This document shows positions 58,680 through 64,000 of a DNA stretch of 64,000 bases, in pieces (within the stretch, counting starts at the first letter, position 1; each line of letters opens with the position of its first letter). Under the pieces are notes generated by a model. It worked only from the letters and a program-made list of their open reading frames with translations. It did no database searches and had not been told where the DNA came from. Both the position numbers and the translations under genes were made by a program. Source of the DNA: Arcobacteraceae bacterium (lineage in GTDB: Bacteria; Campylobacterota; Campylobacteria; Campylobacterales; Arcobacteraceae); the NCBI GenBank assembly GCA_965224485.1, contig CBDCZH010000010.1, positions 64,001 through 128,000 of the forward strand, written 5' to 3'.

Positions 58680-60113
58680 ATTAATAAAAAAACAAAAATA
58701 TTAGCAACTTTGGGTCCCAAAAGTGATGATTTAAATACAATTGAAAGTTTAATAAAAAGTGGAGCTAATTTATTTAGATTAAATTTCTCACATGGAACAC
58801 ATGAATATCATTTAAATACATTAAAGAATATTAGAACTGCTATGAAAAATCTAGATACTACTGTTGGGATACTGCAAGATATTTCAGGTCCTAAAGTAAG
58901 AGTAGGTGAGTTAAAAGAAGATTTTAACTTAAAAAAAGGTGATACAATCACTTTTGTAGAAGGTGAAATTATTGGTTATAAAGATTCTAAGAACTCTTAT
59001 AAGGTATCTATAAATTATCCTAGTATTTTACTAAAACTAAAAGTTGGAGAATATATATTTTTATATGATGGAACTATTAGAGCTAAAGTTATTCAAACGT
59101 CAAAATCTGTTATTGCAAGAATTGAAAATAACGGAACCTTAGGTTCAAGAAAAGGTGTAAACTTTCCTAATACTAAAATTGATATAAATGTTCTTACTAA
59201 AAAAGATGAAAAAGATATAGCTTGGGGAGTTAAGAATAAAGTTGATTATTTCGCAATTTCTTTTGTACAAACTTCTAATGATATGCTAAGAGCTAGAAAA
59301 CTTTTAAAAGGTTATAAGGGAAAACTTATTGCTAAGATTGAAAAGTTTGATGCTGTTTTAAATATTGATGATATTATAAAACAAAGTGATGGGTTAATGG
59401 TAGCAAGGGGAGATTTAGGAATAGAAATCCCTTATTATGATGTTCCAAATATTCAAAAAATGCTAATAAGAAAATCCAATGAATCTGGAATCCCTGTAAT
59501 TACAGCAACACAAATGCTCTTATCTATGACGCAAAATGAAAGAGCAACAAGAGCAGAAATATCTGATGTTGCAAATGCAGTTTTAGATGGAACTGATGTT
59601 GTTATGTTAAGCGAGGAAACAGCAGTAGGAGAAGATCCTGCTAATGTTGTAAAAACTATGAGTAATATTATAAAAAAAACTGAAGAAATATATTCATATA
59701 ATAAACAAGAAAAATTAAAATATATTGATGAGTTTGATGTAATACAAGCAAGTGTTTCAAAACTAGCAGATGATTTAAATGCAAAAGGAATCATTGCACT
59801 TACAAGTTCCGGTAAGTCAGCTCTTAAAATATCAAGATATAGACCACGAACTAATATTTATGCTTTTACTCATAAGAAATCAGTTTTAAAACCTTTATCT
59901 ATGTTATGGGGAGTTGAAGCTCTTGATATTATTAAAGAAGCTAGTTCATCTTTAATGCTTAAAAAAATGTTGAAAATATTAGATAAAAAGGGATTATTAT
60001 GTAAACAAGGTCCTTATATTGCAACAATTGGTTATCCTGTTGGAATACCAGGTAGTACTAATACTATTAAAATTTTAAATGAAAATGAGATTGAGTATTA
60101 TTTAAACCTGTAA
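58680..60113 (+). CDS. pyk: Pyruvate kinase
   Basis: KTKILATLGP, RLNFSHG, DISGPK, AKIEK, MVARGDLG, TATQML, MLSEETA; the conserved N-terminus needs a start at ATT 58680. Confidence 0.96.
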   Translation: MNKKTKILATLGPKSDDLNTIESLIKSGANLFRLNFSHGTHEYHLNTLKNIRTAMKNLDTTVGILQDISGPKVRVGELKEDFNLKKGDTITFVEGEIIGYKDSKNSYKVSINYPSILLKLKVGEYIFLYDGTIRAKVIQTSKSVIARIENNGTLGSRKGVNFPNTKIDINVLTKKDEKDIAWGVKNKVDYFAISFVQTSNDMLRARKLLKGYKGKLIAKIEKFDAVLNIDDIIKQSDGLMVARGDLGIEIPYYDVPNIQKMLIRKSNESGIPVITATQMLLSMTQNERATRAEISDVANAVLDGTDVVMLSEETAVGEDPANVVKTMSNIIKKTEEIYSYNKQEKLKYIDEFDVIQASVSKLADDLNAKGIIALTSSGKSALKISRYRPRTNIYAFTHKKSVLKPLSMLWGVEALDIIKEASSSLMLKKMLKILDKKGLLCKQGPYIATIGYPVGIPGSTNTIKILNENEIEYYLNL

Positions 60114-60116
60114 AAC

Positions 60117-60275
60117 TTAGTTCATAAAAAAAGTGACTATTGCCATAACTGCTAAAACAATGGCAATTGTTACAAATATATCTTTTAGTGTAACAGTTGG
60201 ATTTAAAATACCACAGTATTGACATTGTCTTTTTTTATTTTCTACTTCTCTTTTACAATTTCTACAGCTAGCTAT
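60117..60275 (-). CDS. Small Zn-ribbon membrane protein (52 aa), absent from the ORF track
   Basis: (M)ASCRNCKREVENKKRQCQYCGILNPTVTLKDIFVTIAIVLAVMAIVTFFMN; CxxC-x10-CxxC plus C-terminal TM; AAGGA 6 nt before ATA. Confidence 0.75.
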   Translation of the reverse strand: MASCRNCKREVENKKRQCQYCGILNPTVTLKDIFVTIAIVLAVMAIVTFFMN

Positions 60276-60357
60276 AATTTATCCTTTTATTTCTTCTCAT
60301 ATTATCACAAAATGTAATACATTTTCTTTAAGTTCGAATATTCAAGTATACTATTTT

Positions 60358-61620
60358 ATGATTTTACACCTTGACCTAGATTGTTTTTTCGTCTCAGCAC
60401 ACAGAACAATAGATAAAAGCCTTTTTAATATTCCTGTTGCAGTAGGCGGACGATCTAATCTAAATATTTTTAATAAGCAAAAACAAAAAAGATTTATTTC
60501 TAATAATAAAGGAGCTTTTGTAAGCTCAATTTTATCAGAAACCAAAGAAAATGATGAAGAATATTTTATAGATGAGAATGGACGTATAAGAGGTATTATA
60601 ACTACTTCTTCTTATGAAGCAAGGGATTATGGTATAAAAACTGCTATGAGCGTAAATGAAGCCTTGTGCCTTTGTCCTAAGTTAAAAATGGTAGCACCAC
60701 AATATCCCTTATATCATGACTTGTCTTATAAATTAGGAGAGTTTCTAAAATCAAAAGCCCCTCTTGTTGAACAAGCTTCTATTGATGAATATTTCGTAGA
60801 TGTAAGTGGATATATAAAAGATGATGAGGTAGAAGTTTTTGCAAGAAATTTAAAAGATGAGATTATGTACAGATTTAAACTTCCTATTTCAATAGGAATA
60901 GCACAAAGCAAGTATATCTCTAAACTTGCAACAAATGAAGCTAAACCAGATGGTATTAAATTAGTTAATAAAAATGATTTAGACTCTTTTATAAAAGATA
61001 TGCCAATAAATAAATTTCCTGGTATTGGAAAAGGATATTCTAAAAAACTAAGAGGATATGGGATTTCTACTCTAGGAGATATTAAAAGAAAAAAAGAACT
61101 CTTATATTCTTGGAAAAAATCTGGAATTCAACTTTATAATAGAATTTGTGGAATAAATGATTTTACTTTAGAAAAACCAAAAGATTCACAATCTATTGGA
61201 ATAGGAAGAACTTTTGATCCTATTTTTTCAAGAGAAGAGATAAAAAGAAGACTTATTATACTAGCTAGATATTTGGCTTATTTAGTACATAAAAGAGAGG
61301 TTAACCCTCAAAACTTTTATTTAAAAATACAGTATGAGTTTAATATAGAATCTAAGGTAAATATCAGTTTAAATAGAATTTTTTCGGAAGATTTATTTAA
61401 AGAAAAAATCTTAGAACTATTTTTGAAAAATGATGTACACCCTTCTCATAATATAGTGCAATTAAATTTAGCCGTTAGTTCTTTTATGGAAAATAAAATG
61501 GATGCCTATAACTTATTTGAGTATGAAAAAGATTTAAAATTACAAAAACTAAATACTTTTATGAATGAATTAAGAGATAAATTTGGAGTTGATATTATTA
61601 AAAGAGCTAAAGAACTATAA
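60358..61620 (+). CDS. dinB: Y-family DNA polymerase IV
   Basis: HLDLDCFF, SYEAR, SIDE, SKLA...KPDG, PGIG. Confidence 0.93.
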   Translation: MILHLDLDCFFVSAHRTIDKSLFNIPVAVGGRSNLNIFNKQKQKRFISNNKGAFVSSILSETKENDEEYFIDENGRIRGIITTSSYEARDYGIKTAMSVNEALCLCPKLKMVAPQYPLYHDLSYKLGEFLKSKAPLVEQASIDEYFVDVSGYIKDDEVEVFARNLKDEIMYRFKLPISIGIAQSKYISKLATNEAKPDGIKLVNKNDLDSFIKDMPINKFPGIGKGYSKKLRGYGISTLGDIKRKKELLYSWKKSGIQLYNRICGINDFTLEKPKDSQSIGIGRTFDPIFSREEIKRRLIILARYLAYLVHKREVNPQNFYLKIQYEFNIESKVNISLNRIFSEDLFKEKILELFLKNDVHPSHNIVQLNLAVSSFMENKMDAYNLFEYEKDLKLQKLNTFMNELRDKFGVDIIKRAKEL

Positions 61621-61653
61621 TAAATGACCCTTAGCTAAACTAGAGTCATTTAT
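61620..61653. terminator. Hairpin between convergent dinB and VOC genes
   Basis: ATAAATGAC...GTCATTTAT arms. Confidence 0.55.
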
Positions 61654-61663
61654 TTTAAGAAAG

Positions 61664-62098
61664 TCAAGTTGCAAATAGTTCTTTTTTTATGTCTTTAAAT
61701 CCTTTAAATTCTAAAGCATTTCCACTAGGATCACTAAAGAACATAGTGCCTTGCTCTCCAATTTCACCTTCAAAGCGAATATAAGGTTCTATAATAAAAT
61801 TATCAATTTTACTTTTCATTTTTGTAGAAAATATTTTCCACTCTTCCATACTCAGAACTACTCCAAAATGTGGTACAGGAACACTCTTCCCATCGACTCC
61901 ATTACAGATATTATCTATTTTTCCTTCTTTTCCTAAAGAGGCATTTACATGTACTACCATTTGATGTCCAAACATATTATAATCAACCCATGTACTGGAA
62001 CTTCGTCCTTCTTCAAAACCAAGTTTATCACCATAAAAAGCTTTCGCTTCATCTATATCTCTTACTTGTATTGCTAAATGAAATGGTCTTATATTCAT
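61664..62098 (-). CDS. VOC/glyoxalase superfamily protein
   Basis: PFHLA, GHQMVVH, PVPHFG, DPSGNALEFK. Confidence 0.88.
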   Translation of the reverse strand: MNIRPFHLAIQVRDIDEAKAFYGDKLGFEEGRSSSTWVDYNMFGHQMVVHVNASLGKEGKIDNICNGVDGKSVPVPHFGVVLSMEEWKIFSTKMKSKIDNFIIEPYIRFEGEIGEQGTMFFSDPSGNALEFKGFKDIKKELFAT

Positions 62099-62226
62099 AA
62101 ATACTCCTTTATATAAATAATAACATATTAATTTAACTTTTCATAAGTTATTATAGATATTTCTAAAGTTCAAAAGCACTAGGCATAATTGTTTTTTATA
62201 TCATTTTTATTACTCTTACTAGAGTG

Positions 62227-63507
62227 CTATTTCTTTTGCATAATATCTAGGATTATATCATCTGTTTTTTTCATACCTACTTGCGCTAACACTCCAATAT
62301 TTGTAATTGTCTCTTCTATATCTGCAGATATGATTCCCTCTCCATTTTGTAAATATTTGTTATTTAGCGCAAGCATTGAAGAGTCAAAAGCAGCATAAAG
62401 ACCAGTTGCAATTTTTGTAGCACATGAAGCTTTTGCACCATCGCATATAATTCCTGAAACATTCCCTAAGTTATTGGTTATTGCATTAGCTACAGTGTCA
62501 TAAGAAGCATTTTCTAAAAATGTTATGGCTCCTGAAACAGCACTAGCTGCACACATTACCCCACAATAAGCAGAAAGTCTGCCTATATTTGTTTTTAAAT
62601 GAATTGTTGCTAAATGTGAAAACATAAGCCCTCTTACTAATTTCTCCTTAGAAAGATTTCTTTCTTTACAATATTTTATAATTGGTAAAGATGCTGTCAT
62701 TCCTTGATTTCCACTTCCACTTGTAGTCATTACGGGTAAGGAACAGCCACTCATTCTAGCATCACTACCAGCTGCTGTAAAAGATACACATTTATTTCTT
62801 ATATCTTTACCATAAAAACCTAAATTCATATTTTTTTGAATTAAACTTCCTATATTTACACCAAATTCTTCTTTTAATCCTGCATCTGCAATTTTGGAAT
62901 TTAACTTTATTACTTCGTTAAATAAATTTTCTACTTTTTTAAAATCACAATTTTTTGCAAAATTATAGATGCTTTTTATACTTAAAACTGTTCTATCTTC
63001 AAATTTTGTTTTAAAATCAATATCGTTACATACTTGATCTAGTAAAATTTCTGAATTTTTTTCAATTCTTGTTATATTTGTATGAAAATGTTTTATTTCA
63101 ACAAGAGAGCTATTTTGTTTATAAAAAGCTTCTATTTTAATGTAAAGCTTTGCTGCTTTATTATCATGAATTACATTAATATTGTGATTTTTCAGATAAT
63201 CTTTTGCTTTTTTTATATCTTCTTTGTTTAATTCACTAATTACCATTAACTCTTTTTCGCATTTTTCAACACTCATTCCTAAGGCAACAGCTGCTTCAAT
63301 ACCAAACATGCCCTCACTATTAGGTATAATCACAGACTTTACATTTTTTATCATATTACCAGATAAATAGATATTTATTTTTTCAGGTAAATCACCTAAA
63401 ATTTGCTTTGCTTTTGCACTTACATATGCAATAGCAATTGGTTCAGTACATCCTTGAGCTGGAACTATTTCTTCTTTTAGTATATTTATCAATTTTTCAT
63501 TTATCAT
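62227..63507 (-). CDS. L-cysteine desulfidase / serine dehydratase alpha-like (YhaM/CyuA family)
   Basis: PAQGCTEP, KNVKSV, SDARMSG, SGSGNQG, LSAYCG, ICDGAKASCA. Confidence 0.88.
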   Translation of the reverse strand: MINEKLINILKEEIVPAQGCTEPIAIAYVSAKAKQILGDLPEKINIYLSGNMIKNVKSVIIPNSEGMFGIEAAVALGMSVEKCEKELMVISELNKEDIKKAKDYLKNHNINVIHDNKAAKLYIKIEAFYKQNSSLVEIKHFHTNITRIEKNSEILLDQVCNDIDFKTKFEDRTVLSIKSIYNFAKNCDFKKVENLFNEVIKLNSKIADAGLKEEFGVNIGSLIQKNMNLGFYGKDIRNKCVSFTAAGSDARMSGCSLPVMTTSGSGNQGMTASLPIIKYCKERNLSKEKLVRGLMFSHLATIHLKTNIGRLSAYCGVMCAASAVSGAITFLENASYDTVANAITNNLGNVSGIICDGAKASCATKIATGLYAAFDSSMLALNNKYLQNGEGIISADIEETITNIGVLAQVGMKKTDDIILDIMQKK

Positions 63508-63600
63508 AATTTCCTCTTTTATATTTAAGTTTAATTATATTACTATTGATTATGAGATGTCAAATAATGAATAATTATTGATTATATAAAGGATGATTAT

Positions 63601-64000
63601 ATGGATTCAAATCTTTTAAGAGTTTTTGTATATGTTGCTGCTAATAAAAGTATAAGCTTAGCAGCAAGAAAATTAAAAGTTACACAAACAAATGTAAGTT
63701 TACGAATAAAACAATTAGAAAAAAACTTAACTTTTGAACTATTTCATAGAGTTCCAAAAGGAGTTTTATTAACAAAAGAAGGTGAAAAACTTCTGCCTTT
63801 AGCAATAGAAATAGTTGATAAGATAAAAGAAGCAAAAAATCAAATAAGAAATATTAAAAAACAAGACTCTCTTATTATTGGGTCAACTTATTCAAATACG
63901 AAAATTAGATTAATACCTTTATTAAAAAAACTTAATAAAGATCATGAAAATATTAAATTAGAATTAGTTACAAATAATACTATTATTTTAAAAAGAATGT
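63601..64000 (+). CDS. LysR family regulator (truncated by the window end)
   Basis: MDSNLLRVF...SISLAARKL..TQTNVSLRIKQLE...LFHR...LTKEG; divergent from the desulfidase gene. Confidence 0.9.
   Translation, partial: MDSNLLRVFVYVAANKSISLAARKLKVTQTNVSLRIKQLEKNLTFELFHRVPKGVLLTKEGEKLLPLAIEIVDKIKEAKNQIRNIKKQDSLIIGSTYSNTKIRLIPLLKKLNKDHENIKLELVTNNTIILKRM

Noticed and set aside
40880..58680. Integrative element or prophage explanation for the glycerol island
   Set aside because: No integrase, transposase, tRNA target or flanking direct repeat was seen by eye
5379..62398. Short antisense or overlapping track ORFs (e.g. 5379-5663, 12006-12356, 20934-21419, 38943-39473, 45353-45706, 59453-59794, 62189-62398)
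   Set aside because: They lie opposite well-supported genes, lack an SD and recognisable motifs, and look like shadow ORFs
1..64000. tRNA, rRNA or selenocysteine read-through
   Set aside because: No GC-rich structured RNA-like segment was seen, and no redox gene is interrupted by an in-frame TGA

Overview
AT-rich chromosomal window, most likely from a Campylobacterota bacterium of the Arcobacteraceae type. This assignment is inferred from protein style, AAGGA Shine-Dalgarno sites and extended -10 promoters. No rRNA, tRNA, CRISPR array, transposase or integrase was seen. 1-40.9 kb is mostly core or near-core: hemH followed by an AmmeMemoRadiSam trio, a Zn/Mn ABC pair, a redox/NO-stress cluster (tpx, nnrS, msrPQ, NIT+CZB chemoreceptor), a GMC oxidoreductase pair, a UvrD-like helicase, valS, an orphan RND pump, lapGD, rdgB, a frameshifted Cache chemoreceptor, three prepilin-like genes, proC, bamD, lon and a rhomboid. 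40.9-58.6 kb is an ~18 kb accessory glycerol/glycerophosphodiester catabolic block: two paralogous GntR/UTRA regulators, a PotABCD-like ABC transporter with a GDPD, glpD, a Rhizobium-type glpSTPQUV ABC transporter, glpK (split at an A8 tract) and an aldehyde dehydrogenase. A shared operator-like palindrome sits at three of its promoters. The window ends with pyk, a small unannotated Zn-ribbon membrane protein, dinB, a VOC protein, a cysteine desulfidase-like gene and a partial LysR. The most notable signals read directly from the sequence are: three genes that appear to start at ATT/ATA, two homopolymer frameshifts at slippery contexts, a C-free stop-codon-rich 7/8-mer tandem repeat, overlapping hairpins before glpK, and an Fnr-like box inside the last codons of tpx.
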